From contig JAJRPF010000020.1 of the NCBI GenBank assembly GCA_024280885.1, positions 24,697 through 88,696 on the forward strand: a stretch of 64,000 nt of DNA, written 5' to 3'. Source of the stretch: Planctomycetota bacterium (GTDB lineage: Bacteria > Planctomycetota > JAJSAM01 > JAJVHW01). This document shows, in pieces, positions 29,801 through 38,731 of this stretch (position 1 is its first letter; the number at the start of each line of letters is the position of its first letter). The translations under genes and the position numbers were made by a program. The notes under the pieces were generated by a model. That model searched no databases, had not been told where the DNA came from, and saw only the letters and a program-made list of their open reading frames with translations.

Positions 29801-30478
29801 GATGCCGAGTGCGTAGAGATCCGTGCGCTCATCGACCGATTCGGGGTCCCGGAATTGCTCGGGCGACGCGTAGTGGACCGAACCGAGAAACTGCCCCGTC
29901 AGCGAGAGACGGATCGAGGCGTCGCGCACCTTCGCCACGCCGAGATCCATGAGCTTGACGTGGTGGTCGCCGGTGATGATCACGTTCTCCGGCTTGAGGT
30001 CGCGGTGCGTGATCCCGGCCTCGTGGATGGCGCGCAAGCCGGCGCAGACCTGTTGCGCCACGGTGATCGTCAGTTCCTCGGGCAGGCGCCCCAGTTCGGC
30101 GATGAGCTCGCGGAGCGTCTGCCCCTCGACGTACTCCATCGCCATGTAGCTGGTCGGTGTGCCGCGCAACTCGGCGGTCCCCGCGTCCAGTGTGTGCACG
30201 ACATTCGCGTGCTGCAGTCGCGCGCCGACCTTTGCCTCGCGCCGGAAGCGCCCCGCGAAGTCCTCTGTCCCGACGAGATGGGGGTGGAAACACTTGAGTG
30301 CCACGAGCGTTCCGACGTCCGGCAGTGGACCGAACGCACCGCTCGTTGCCTCCCGCACTTCCGCGAGATAAACCGTGCCCATGCCGCCGGTCCCGAGCTC
30401 GCTCTCGACCCGATAGGGCCCGACGCGCAGGCTCTCGGGAGAGAGTGGGGCGATCGGCGTGAGGTTGTCTGCGGTCAT
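26825..30478 (-). CDS. Ser/Thr protein kinase fused to AAA (STAND-like) ATPase and TPR repeats
   Basis: LGTGGMGTVY, HRDLKPEN, DLG, YASPEQ; Walker A GEAGVGKT, Walker B LVLEDAH; C-terminal TPRs; start reassigned to ATG 30478. Confidence 0.9.
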   Translation of the reverse strand: MTADNLTPIAPLSPESLRVGPYRVESELGTGGMGTVYLAEVREATSGAFGPLPDVGTLVALKCFHPHLVGTEDFAGRFRREAKVGARLQHANVVHTLDAGTAELRGTPTSYMAMEYVEGQTLRELIAELGRLPEELTITVAQQVCAGLRAIHEAGITHRDLKPENVIITGDHHVKLMDLGVAKVRDASIRLSLTGQFLGSVHYASPEQFRDPESVDERTDLYALGILLHEMLTGQNPFYHQDLQVVLRRTLTETPQRVSLLCPEVSPVIDQLAENLAQKDPTARIATAAGVLEVLLEGDASAWWKRGGRTAWEQTGRRRSRRIPVEREAPLIGRTSEMAALRRVFDDVTEGARRIVLLEGEAGVGKTRLIDEFAASLADHGVAHEFTFAAFPPPGTGRAFQAFSEALQRAVEGEELEDALARLLPSGAPIAEFAALVEGRPVGSESLSHDLVRSLFAASFRALAAKTPLLLVLEDAHLASESSANLLAYLARDDRASRVLLVTTYRPIDDTHALSALAHGARDSRIHHHVLGRLGPREVGLLLRAMLQSERLVQELGFRLLERTEGNPFFILEVLRTLKHERVLSRRDDGSWTVSGTRIDIHVPNSVRELLHGSLARLDDEDRELLDVACVIGMEFEPEILAGILGVPRLALLKRLSQIERKHRLVHSAGRSCRFDHHQLQETLYAELMEGLRQEYHALVGEALERRQIPDGTATADVSGSAAMLLAHHFLLGGRLLDAQRYVLPALHHALTKYASEDGARIAQAFLDLDDTAGATSAPALRVEALLALATCLGHEGRRTEERDVLECAATEVEATNVALLKRRTFERRLALHFGLGEFARADVICREALRTATRAKDRTAAIAALGNLGGALRSLGRFDDAVNALRRALSWVVPEGSVLRRCLLTTSLGMVQVHRGHVASAQRLYLQARQIAEGFGMRSGPAVRVATREDEDAVHAQFVGLSRALGRYAESRVDAERTLLLSTAAPQSVREAAALLALGLLAGQLDQFGDARAALTQALAATVKAGEQRFQGAILQALGENAVRAGDAELARSRYAEALELRRKIGHRPGVCESLLALGQVAAMSGDVEAARPYLDEALDLAPALEMPGIAALARATAALLYAREGQHARARAELEEAHRALGGDAPLSISSRAEGLYFAGMAAKALQDDETHAVYLWQAYDLVQEMAERMAPDQRQAFLTATSPNREIVAAVALL

Positions 30479-30615
30479 GGCGTCTCGCGCGGGGACGCAG
30501 CGAATCTGCGATCGAATCTGAGATCCCGTGCGAGCTGCCCCCCGGCTGCCCCCCCTTGTTATCAGGTGAAGCAGTGCGGATTCCACCACCGCCTTCGCGG
30601 CGTGATCTCAATCAC

Positions 30616-30721
30616 AGCGATACGGAGCCAGGACAACTTCGGCAGAGTTCGGAGTTCGGCCGTCGCCATGTCGAGACCGCTGCTCCGAACTCTGCCGAAG
30701 TTGTCCTGGCTCCGTATCGCT
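30616..30721. repeat. REPIN/MITE-like palindrome, copy 3 (perfect 39-bp inverted repeats, 28-bp spacer)
   Basis: AGCGATACGGAGCCAGGACAACTTCGGCAGAGTTCGGAG and its exact reverse complement. Confidence 0.92.
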
Positions 30722-30749
30722 CAGGTCGGACGCCGGTCTTGGATGGTAC

Positions 30750-30823
30750 CCGGCGAGGGGCGGCCCGGCTGGCTCGGCTGCGACGACGCCCTCGGTCCGC
30801 CGCTCGACGGGGACCGCGGGGCG
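30750..30823. repeat. Dispersed ~74-bp repeat, copy A (copy B at 40207-40279)
   Basis: CCGGCGAGGGGC...GCTCGACGGGGACCGCGGGGCG shared between two intergenic regions. Confidence 0.7.
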
Positions 30824-30910
30824 TGCTCGGGACTCCGTCGAATCACAAGGCGTCGATCCGCCGTCCTCACGTAGTGCGTCTTCGCGGAACTTGCCGGGAG
30901 GCGGAGCCTG

Positions 30911-32380
30911 TCACGGACGTCCGAGGACGAGGCCGCGCACCAGTGTGCGGACCATCGCCGCATCGGCGCGTCCGCGCGTCGCTCGCATCACGTCGCCGAC
31001 CAGCACCTCGAGTACCTGCGGGCGACCGGCTCGCGCGGTTTCGACCAGGTCGGGGTGGGCGTCCACGGTCGCGCGCACGGCCGCCGCGACCTCCGCGTCG
31101 TCCGCCATCTCGAGTCCTTCGCGTGCGACGATCTCGCGCCACTTCGTTCCGCGGCGCGCCATTTCGGGCAGGATGATGCGTCGCGCCGCAGCCCGTGGCA
31201 CGCGCCCCCGCTCGACAGCCCGGACGAGCTTGCCGAGGTCCTTCGCCGAGAAGCGCCGATGCACGATGGCTGCCTCGACGAGCGCGAGGTTGCCGACGAT
31301 CCACGCTGCGACGGGGCGTGGGGCGTCGGCCGCGCCGGCGGCGCGCTCGAACCAGTCCGAGAGTGCCAGCGTTTGCGTCAGTTCGTCGGCAACCTCGGCT
31401 GGGAGCCCGAGATCGTCGATGTAGCGCCGTCGTCGCGCGTCCGGTAACTCGCTCTGCGCGGCGCGCGCTGCCTCGGCCAGTTCCGGTGCGCACGTCACGA
31501 CCGGCAGATCCGGCTCGGGCAGGAAGCGATAATCGGCCGCCTCCTCTTTCACCCGTTGGAGCTCGGTCCGCTGGGCCGATTCCGACCATCCGCGTGTCGT
31601 GCGCGGGCCGGGGCCGATCGTCCCCGTCGCATTCCACTCCGCGAGTTGACGCGCAACTTCGTAGTCCACGGCGCGTGCGGCGGCAGTGATGGAGTTCAGG
31701 TTCTTGATCTCCGCGATCGGCGTGGGCGTCCAGGCTGAGCCCGTGCCCGCGTCCGCGCTGCACCGGATGTGGAGATTGACGTTCGGCTCGCAACGCATCT
31801 GGCCGTGTTCCATCTCGGCATCCGAGACACCGATCCAGCGCAGGAGTCGCCGGATCGCGAGCAGACATGCGCGCACGTCTGCGGACGTGCGGAGGTCGGG
31901 CTCGGTCACGATTTCCAGCAGCGCGATGCCGGCGCGATCGAACGCAAGGCGCGTGCGTTCTTCGTCGTGGATCGAGCGCCCCGTGTCCTCCTCAAGGTGG
32001 ACGCGCTGGATGCGCACTTCGCGCGGCCCGTCGCCGCCCTCGAAGCGGAGCAGGCCGTCGGTGCCGATGGGCGACGCGTGTTGCGTGATCTGATAGCCCT
32101 TCGGCAGATCGGCGTAGCCGTAGTGCTTGCGATCCCACCAGGTGTGTTGCGCGATTCGGCAGCCCAGAGCGACGGCGGCCCGCACCGAGAGATCCAGCGC
32201 GGCGCGCGAGAGCACAGGGAGCGCCCCCGGGAGACCAAGGCAGACCGGGCATGTGCGCGAGTTCGGTCCATCGCCACCCGACGCGGCGCAGGCGCAGAAG
32301 CACTTCGTGCGCGTGCGCAACTGCGCGTGGACCTCAAGGCCGACCACGATCCGGTACTCGGGGTCGGGAGTGTCCGTCAC
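30911..32380 (-). CDS. gatB: Asp-tRNA(Asn)/Glu-tRNA(Gln) amidotransferase subunit B
   Basis: VVGLEVHAQLRTRTK, CPVCLGLPGALPV, DRKHYxYxDLPKGYQITQ, HLEEDTG, EIKNLNS, DYRFLPEPDL. Confidence 0.95.
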   Translation of the reverse strand: MTDTPDPEYRIVVGLEVHAQLRTRTKCFCACAASGGDGPNSRTCPVCLGLPGALPVLSRAALDLSVRAAVALGCRIAQHTWWDRKHYGYADLPKGYQITQHASPIGTDGLLRFEGGDGPREVRIQRVHLEEDTGRSIHDEERTRLAFDRAGIALLEIVTEPDLRTSADVRACLLAIRRLLRWIGVSDAEMEHGQMRCEPNVNLHIRCSADAGTGSAWTPTPIAEIKNLNSITAAARAVDYEVARQLAEWNATGTIGPGPRTTRGWSESAQRTELQRVKEEAADYRFLPEPDLPVVTCAPELAEAARAAQSELPDARRRRYIDDLGLPAEVADELTQTLALSDWFERAAGAADAPRPVAAWIVGNLALVEAAIVHRRFSAKDLGKLVRAVERGRVPRAAARRIILPEMARRGTKWREIVAREGLEMADDAEVAAAVRATVDAHPDLVETARAGRPQVLEVLVGDVMRATRGRADAAMVRTLVRGLVLGRP

Positions 32381-33960
32381 GAGGCCACCGCTTCGATGAA
32401 GGGCGTGGGGATCGCCGGTGTCCCGAACGCGCGTTCGAGTGCGCCCGCGACGCGGAAGAGCAGGTCCTCGCGGCCGACAGCGGCGACCGCCTGAATTCCG
32501 ATCGGGAGCCCGGCTTCGTCGTGACCGGCCGGGATCGAGATCGCCGGCAGACCGGCGAGACTCGCCGGGGTGGTCAGCACGTCCGCTGCGTACATCCGCA
32601 GCGGGTCGGATGTTCGCGTGCCGAGTGCGAATGCAGTGGTTGGCGTCGTGGGGGAGAGGAGGACGTCCACGTTCTCGAAGAGTTCCGCGAACGCCGTGCG
32701 CAGACGTTGCCGCGTCGCCTCCGCGCGGCCGTGCAACGCATCGCGGCGTCCCGCAGAGAGCGCCATGGTTCCGAGGACGATCCGCCGCTGTACCTCGGGG
32801 CCGAAGCCTTCGCCGCGCGTGTTGCGCGCGCTCGTCTCGGCATTGACACCCGCCACACGCGTGCCGTAGCGGACGCCGTCGTACCTGGCGAGGTTCGACG
32901 CTGCCTCGGCCGCAGCGATCAGGTGGTACGCCGCGAGTGCATCGGCGGCGCCCGGCAGCACGGCGTCGCGCAGCGTCGCCCCCGCTTGCGTCAGAGCGGC
33001 ACGCGACGCGGCGAGTGCGTCGGCGACAGCGGTCTCCACGCAGTCCCTCTTCTCGGTCACGGTCGCGGCCGCAGGGACGACTCCGGTGCTCGAACCGCTG
33101 GTGCTCGAACTGCCGGTACTCGAACTGCCGGTACTCGAACCGACCGTACCCACGTCAGCGATGGAGAGCACGCCGATGCGCACCTCGCGTACACCGGCCG
33201 GAACATCGTCACGCCAATCCGGCGGCGCGTCGTGGACGCTTGTGGCATCGCGCGCGTCGCCGCCGGAAAGAACGCGCAAGAGCGCCGCCAGATCGTCGGC
33301 CTGGCGTGCGAAGGCCCCGACGCGATCCAGCGACGACGCGAACGCCACCAGCCCGCGTCGCGAGACCCGTCCGTACGAGGGCGCAATCCCGAATACGCCA
33401 CAGAACGCCGCCGGTTGGCGCACCGATCCGCCGGTGTCACTGCCGAGCGCGAGGGGCACGAGCCCCGCGGCCACGGCTGCCGCGCTGCCCCCACTGCTGC
33501 CGCCTGGGACGCGCGTCGCGTCCCACGGATTCGTGGTCGGTCCAAACGCAGACCACTCGGTTGAGGAGCCCATCCCGAACTCGTCCATATTGGTCTTGCC
33601 AAAGGGCACGGCGTCGGCCGCGACGAGTCGCTCGACGACGTCCGCGTCGTAGGGCGCGTGCCACGCCGCCAGCATGCGTGAGCCGCATGTCGTCGGCAGC
33701 CCGCGCTGGCAGAAGTTATCCTTCAGGGCGACGGGTACGCCCGCCAGCGGACCGAGTTGGCGTCCCTCGGCGAGCCGCTGATCGACCTGGTCTGCCGCGG
33801 CGAGAGTGCGCTCGTCGTCGAGGTCCACAAAGGCGCGCAGAGTGCCGTCGAATTGCCGCACCCGCGCGAGGAATGCCAGCGTGACGTCCCGCGCGGAGAA
33901 CTCGCGTGCGCGCACTCCGACCGCGATGCGGCGGGCGCCAAGTTGATGCAACGGCTTCAC
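32377..33960 (-). CDS. gatA: Asp-tRNA(Asn)/Glu-tRNA(Gln) amidotransferase subunit A
   Basis: GKTNMDEFGMGSSTE, GGSSGGSAAAV, GSDTGGSVRQPA, SNLARYDGVRYG. Confidence 0.95.
   Translation of the reverse strand: MKPLHQLGARRIAVGVRAREFSARDVTLAFLARVRQFDGTLRAFVDLDDERTLAAADQVDQRLAEGRQLGPLAGVPVALKDNFCQRGLPTTCGSRMLAAWHAPYDADVVERLVAADAVPFGKTNMDEFGMGSSTEWSAFGPTTNPWDATRVPGGSSGGSAAAVAAGLVPLALGSDTGGSVRQPAAFCGVFGIAPSYGRVSRRGLVAFASSLDRVGAFARQADDLAALLRVLSGGDARDATSVHDAPPDWRDDVPAGVREVRIGVLSIADVGTVGSSTGSSSTGSSSTSGSSTGVVPAAATVTEKRDCVETAVADALAASRAALTQAGATLRDAVLPGAADALAAYHLIAAAEAASNLARYDGVRYGTRVAGVNAETSARNTRGEGFGPEVQRRIVLGTMALSAGRRDALHGRAEATRQRLRTAFAELFENVDVLLSPTTPTTAFALGTRTSDPLRMYAADVLTTPASLAGLPAISIPAGHDEAGLPIGIQAVAAVGREDLLFRVAGALERAFGTPAIPTPFIEAVAS
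33083..33142. repeat. Four tandem 15-bp repeats in frame inside gatA (GSSTG SSSTG SSSTS GSSTG)
   Basis: CCGGTGCTCGAACCG-like unit x4. Confidence 0.85.
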
Positions 33961-33984
33961 GACGGGCGGCTCATGACGGGGGCT

Positions 33985-34350
33985 TCACGGACGCGTGGAA
34001 TTCCGGCCGGGAACAGGAATATCGGCGACGCGCGCCACGACGAAGGCGTTGCCGTCCACCGCCGGAGCGCCCGCGAGTGCGGCGTCGCTCGAGAGCCCGG
34101 GTGCGGGCACATCGTCACGCAGGACATCGGTGAGCCCAGCCGGATGCGACGGTGCGCAGTCGGCGTTGGATACAACGGACGGGTCCGCGCCGCGGCGCGT
34201 CTCCGGGAGGTCTTGCCACGCGGCGGCGAGGCGTCGGCACGCGCTCACCACGCGCTCGCGGACGTCGTCGGAGAGCGCGAGTCGCGCAAGGGAGATCACG
34301 TCGTGGACTCCGTCCGCGGCGTCCGCCGTGTCCCCCACGCGCGCGCTCAC
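33985..34350 (-). CDS. gatC: Amidotransferase subunit C (divergent)
   Basis: LARLAL, VLRDD, AP...FVVARV motifs and position upstream of gatA. Confidence 0.75.
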   Translation of the reverse strand: MSARVGDTADAADGVHDVISLARLALSDDVRERVVSACRRLAAAWQDLPETRRGADPSVVSNADCAPSHPAGLTDVLRDDVPAPGLSSDAALAGAPAVDGNAFVVARVADIPVPGRNSTRP

Positions 34351-35678
34351 TCGGCCAGGATCTCCGCGACGCGCGCGATGCAGGCGGGGTCCGCGAGGAT
34401 CGTGACGTGTGTGCCCGCGCCGAGATCCGTTGCGACGATTGCGCTCGCCCAGCCGGGCGTATCCGACATCACGAGACTGCGCCAGGGCACGAGCCCGTCG
34501 CCCTCGCCGGAGGCGAGAGAGAGTGGGTCGAAGTCCGCGCCACCGCTGATAAGGGCCGTCAGATCCACCTCGTCGAGCGTGCCGACTTCGACGCCGAGTT
34601 GCTCGGTCGGCAACGACGTGTACCCCAGCGCGAAGAACTCTGCACGCGCGTCGGGACCGATGTCGTTGAGCGGACGGAGCGGTGAGTCGAGGTCCAGATC
34701 CAGCCCCGCGAGATCACCTGGCAGGAACGCGCCGAATGTGTTCAGGAGGTCCGGTGTCAGGGCCAGGCGCTGCTCGCCGAGGAAGGGCACGTTGACGGTC
34801 ACGAATGCCCACGGGTACGTGGGATAGAACGTGCGCAGTGTGTCGACGCTGAGTGTGTCGTCGAGGACTGCGCCCAGGGCATCGCCGAGCGCATTATCCG
34901 CGCCGAGACCGGGAATGAGCCCGGCGAGCGCGTCGCCGAAGAGGTCGGTCTCCAGCCCCAGTCCGATCACCTGCGCGAGTGGCGCTCCCTCGTTGGGCGT
35001 CGCGAGGAAGATCATGCGCTGGACCTTGCCTGCGCCCTTGTCGGCCAACCAGCGTCGCGCGACCAGACCGCCCATCGAGTAACCGATCACATCGACCTTG
35101 CCGAACGAGGTGCCGCGCAGCGCGCGCCGCACCGTCTTGTGAAGCCCCTTCGCGAGCTTGGGCAGCGACGTGTCGAGACTCGCGTACTCGTGCACGATCA
35201 TCGTCGGCCGCTTGCCGCCTTGCTCGTAGCTGCCACCGCCGACAAGATCGACTGCGGTACCGAACGCCGCCACGCCGTTCGGGCCGAGTTCGTTCCCGAG
35301 ACCGCCGAGCAGGATAACGGGCAGAGGGATGGTCGCTCGCACCGGACGCACGCTGACGGAGCCATCGGCTCCCTCGGCCACCGCTTGCACGTCGAAAGTC
35401 AGCGCGCGGTCGAGCTTGCGCAGACGCAATCGCTTCGCATCGATCTTCACTCGTAGGCGGCGCGTGCCCGAGCGGCGCACGCGCTTGCGCTTGCTGACCC
35501 GCTTGCCGTTGACCGTGCCCTCGACGCGCAGCTCTCCCGCACCCTCGAACGTGGCTTCGATCGTTACAGTGAGGCGACGGTTGCGGCTGATCGATGTCTC
35601 GACCCGCTCGATCACCGGATCGGCGAGCGCGGGCACCGCTGCGGCGAGGATCAGGAGTGCGGCGACGGCGTATCTCAC
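34347..35678 (-). CDS. Secreted lipase-like alpha/beta hydrolase with basic N-terminal domain
   Basis: GTG start overlapping upstream stop; signal peptide; IGYSMGG, LATPNEGA, GDGLVP, H near C-terminus. Confidence 0.8.
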   Translation of the reverse strand: MRYAVAALLILAAAVPALADPVIERVETSISRNRRLTVTIEATFEGAGELRVEGTVNGKRVSKRKRVRRSGTRRLRVKIDAKRLRLRKLDRALTFDVQAVAEGADGSVSVRPVRATIPLPVILLGGLGNELGPNGVAAFGTAVDLVGGGSYEQGGKRPTMIVHEYASLDTSLPKLAKGLHKTVRRALRGTSFGKVDVIGYSMGGLVARRWLADKGAGKVQRMIFLATPNEGAPLAQVIGLGLETDLFGDALAGLIPGLGADNALGDALGAVLDDTLSVDTLRTFYPTYPWAFVTVNVPFLGEQRLALTPDLLNTFGAFLPGDLAGLDLDLDSPLRPLNDIGPDARAEFFALGYTSLPTEQLGVEVGTLDEVDLTALISGGADFDPLSLASGEGDGLVPWRSLVMSDTPGWASAIVATDLGAGTHVTILADPACIARVAEILAE

Positions 35679-36184
35679 GGCAGGTTCCTCTCGCGCATGT
35701 TCAGCGACAGAATCTCGATCTGACGCAGATGGTCGCCGTCGTGGCGTCCCCAGCGTCGGACGAGATCCACGAACGTCGCCTTTCCGATCAATGGGTGCTG
35801 CAACGCGCGCCCCCAATCTTCCGCCCCGGTGCCCTCGACGAGCGCCACGTTCTCGGTGCGCGCGGCCTCCCAAGCCGTGATGATCTCGGTGAGGTTGTAC
35901 TTTGAGTCGTTCTCGTCGCGAACCGCGTGCTCCTCGATGTCGAGCGGCTGCAGCACGGGGTTCTCCTCGGCGAGGACCTGCCGCAGGCGAGGGCGGAAGA
36001 CGTCGCGCTCCATGTCGAGCAGGTGCCAGACGTGCTCGAAGAGCGAGAGCTTGCCCACTCCGGGCTTCCGGGCGCAGTCAGTCGAATCGAGACCATCGCA
36101 GAGTTCGCGGAGCTTCGGCGGGCCCGCGCGGGCTGCCTCGACGCTCTGCCGGATGGTGTCGATGGGATCGGGGATATCGCTCAC
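35675..36184 (-). CDS. DinB/YfiT-family protein
   Basis: SLFEHVWHL...HDGDHLRQI His motifs; possible leaderless start 7 nt after TATGCT. Confidence 0.8.
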   Translation of the reverse strand: MSDIPDPIDTIRQSVEAARAGPPKLRELCDGLDSTDCARKPGVGKLSLFEHVWHLLDMERDVFRPRLRQVLAEENPVLQPLDIEEHAVRDENDSKYNLTEIITAWEAARTENVALVEGTGAEDWGRALQHPLIGKATFVDLVRRWGRHDGDHLRQIEILSLNMRERNLP

Positions 36185-36329
36185 GTTGCGCAGCATACAC
36201 GAGCCCGCGCCGTCCGAGAGGCTCCCCGACGGGGACAATTCCTCTTCCTCCTCCGAGACGCTCGTCCGTCGGAACCGCGGGGGGCTGGATCAAGGGACGG
36301 GGTATTCTCTGCCGTCTGGAGGACCTTTG

Positions 36330-37694
36330 ATGACCCGCCGCCTCACCTCGCCACGATTTCTCACCGCTTGCCTCGCCGCCACGATCGGACTCTCCGCCAC
36401 GGCGCTCGTCGTGCCTGCACGTGCGCAGGAGAAGGAGCCCGCCCCGGAGCCTGTAGAGACGGAACCTGTACAGGCTGGGCCTGCGCAGGCTGCACCGGCA
36501 AAGGACAGCGGGGACGCCGCGCGAGCCCAGGCGTTGTTGGGGCGCTTGAGCGCGCTCTACGTCGTCGCCGCAGAGCGACCGACGTCCGACGCGATCCGGG
36601 CGGCGGCAGGCGATCCGAAGGCGGTCGCGAGGGCGCGTTCCGAAAAGGCGGCGAAGAAACGTGAGTGGGTCGCGAGCCTGAGGGCGATCCCGGGGCTCGC
36701 CGCGGACTACGTCGCGGCGGCCGGGGCGGGGGCGAACCCCACTGCCTGGTATTTCTCCGGGTACGCACGAGCGACGCGCACGACCGTCGCGTCGAAGGGC
36801 GACGTCGAAGGGCTGCTTGACGGTGCGATCGGCGATCTCGAGACCTATCTCGAGCGTGCGCCGTACGACGCGGTCTATCGCAGCGATGCCCACCGAACGC
36901 TGGCGTACACGCTCGTCCGCGTGGCGAAGGGCGACGGCGCACTGCTCGGGAAGGCGGTCCCGCATGCGGACATCGCAGTGCGCGCGTACCTTTCCAACGG
37001 GCAGGCACGCGACGCGGGACGCCTCGCCCACATGATGCTCAAGAGCCTGATCGCCGCTGATCGAGAGGCGGACGCGGCGAAGCTCGCGTCAGGCTGGGAC
37101 GTCGAGAAGGCGGATCTCGGTCCGTCGTCCGATGGCGTGCGCGCACTCGCTCGCCGTGCGCGGCTGCGTCCGGGCCTCGAACTCGCGAAGCTCCCCGCGC
37201 TCACCTCCTACACCGGCGCCCCGATGCCCTGGGACTCGCTGAAGGGGAAGCCCTTCATCCTGCATTTCTTCAGCACCGTCGTCAGTACGCCGACACGCGA
37301 CATCGAGACGATTCTCGTGCCGCTGAAGAAGAAGTGGAAGGACGCCGGACTGCTCTTCGTCGGTTGCTCCACCGATCGCGAGATGACCGCGGCGGAGATC
37401 GAGCAGACGAAGAAGAACTGGGAAGAGTGGGGGAAGACGGACCAACTCCGCGATGGGAGCCTCGCGTCCGTGCGCGGTTGGGCCGAGAAGCGCGGTCTCG
37501 ACTGGCCGTGGTTCTGGGACGGCAAGTGGATGCACAACGCGCTCGTGAAGGCGGTCGGAGCGCCGGTGGCCGGGCCCTACGCCATCCTTGTCGGCAGAGA
37601 CGGCAAGATCGCGTGGCGCGGCGCGCCATTCAACGGGCTGAAGGAAGCGACCGAAGCCCTCATGGCGAAGAAGTCGGCGCCGGACAAGAAGTAG
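36330..37694 (+). CDS. Secreted protein with helical repeats and C-terminal thioredoxin-like (TlpA/AhpC-TSA) fold lacking CxxC
   Basis: GGAGG RBS, signal peptide; LKGKPFILHFFS...LFVGCSTD...ILVGRDGKIAWRG. Confidence 0.7.
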   Translation: MTRRLTSPRFLTACLAATIGLSATALVVPARAQEKEPAPEPVETEPVQAGPAQAAPAKDSGDAARAQALLGRLSALYVVAAERPTSDAIRAAAGDPKAVARARSEKAAKKREWVASLRAIPGLAADYVAAAGAGANPTAWYFSGYARATRTTVASKGDVEGLLDGAIGDLETYLERAPYDAVYRSDAHRTLAYTLVRVAKGDGALLGKAVPHADIAVRAYLSNGQARDAGRLAHMMLKSLIAADREADAAKLASGWDVEKADLGPSSDGVRALARRARLRPGLELAKLPALTSYTGAPMPWDSLKGKPFILHFFSTVVSTPTRDIETILVPLKKKWKDAGLLFVGCSTDREMTAAEIEQTKKNWEEWGKTDQLRDGSLASVRGWAEKRGLDWPWFWDGKWMHNALVKAVGAPVAGPYAILVGRDGKIAWRGAPFNGLKEATEALMAKKSAPDKK

Positions 37695-37793
37695 CTGACC
37701 GCCAAGAAGTAGGCGCCGCTACGACACCGTAGCGCTAGCGCGATCTGTTGACGTCCGGTCCGCGACGCCCGGCCTACGACGTCTGGGGCCCGG

Positions 37794-38636
37794 TCACTTC
37801 TGGCCGAGGCGCGTGCGCTCCATGGCGTCGAGAGCGCCGTCGAAGATCGTGCGCCACTCCTTCTGATTGTCGAGGTAGCTCTTGAGCTGATCCTTGGTGA
37901 GCACCTCGGACATGCGTGCGTCCCGCTTGTCCCAGATCGTCGTCAGCTTCGGCTTCACCTGCGAGTAGTCGGCCTTCTCGATCCCCGCGGCGAGGAAGGG
38001 GGCGACCTCCCGTACGGACGACGCCATCTCCTCCTGCAGGATATCGACGACAGTCTCCTCGTCGGAGGCGCTCAGGCCGAGTTGCGTCGCCATCATCTTG
38101 GCGTCGGCGTTGATCTGTGTGCGCCGATCGGCGTCGCCCTCTGTTCCGCCCTTCGCAATCGTGGCCAGGCGCTTCTTGAGCATGATCGGCCCGTTCTGCC
38201 CTGCGATCTGGCGCATCTGCGCGCGCACGGCTGCGACGCGGTCCTGGTCGAGTTGGAGGCGCTCCGTGGGCGTGAGGTCAAGCGGCTCCGAGATGGCCTG
38301 TGTCGCGACGCCGCCCGGTATGGCGACGGCCGTCCCGTCCGGCGCGGCCCCCTTCAGCGCCTCGACGTCGCGCCGCAGGGCGTCGATCTGTGCTGCGCGT
38401 TGCAGGGCGGCATTGGCCGTATCCTCGACGACCCGCATCCGCTCCTCGATGTTCAAGAGTCGCCGATCGAGTTCGTCCACCCGCGCCCGCGACCCGGAGT
38501 CCGAGGTGCCCGACCTGCTGACAGGTTGCCCCCCGTCAGGCGGTGTCGCGAGCGACCCTCCGAAGAGTCCGGCACCGAGCGAGAGGACGACGACCACAAG
38601 GCCGCCAGCGACGAGAGGGATGGAGTTATTGGCCAT
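37794..38636 (-). CDS. Hypothetical membrane-anchored coiled-coil protein
   Basis: N-terminal TM helix, heptad region, typical codon usage. Confidence 0.7.
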   Translation of the reverse strand: MANNSIPLVAGGLVVVVLSLGAGLFGGSLATPPDGGQPVSRSGTSDSGSRARVDELDRRLLNIEERMRVVEDTANAALQRAAQIDALRRDVEALKGAAPDGTAVAIPGGVATQAISEPLDLTPTERLQLDQDRVAAVRAQMRQIAGQNGPIMLKKRLATIAKGGTEGDADRRTQINADAKMMATQLGLSASDEETVVDILQEEMASSVREVAPFLAAGIEKADYSQVKPKLTTIWDKRDARMSEVLTKDQLKSYLDNQKEWRTIFDGALDAMERTRLGQK

Positions 38637-38731
38637 CCCGGGAGTCTACCGCCCCTCGCCAAATGCCGTCGGGGACACCCTGCCGTTTCTTGCGGGTGTC
38701 CCCTTGTTTCGATCATCACCGGTGCTCGGGC

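Noticed and set aside
13084..30721. CRISPR-like repeat-spacer-repeat reading of the palindromes
   Set aside because: Arms are inverted rather than direct, units are isolated, and no cas genes are present
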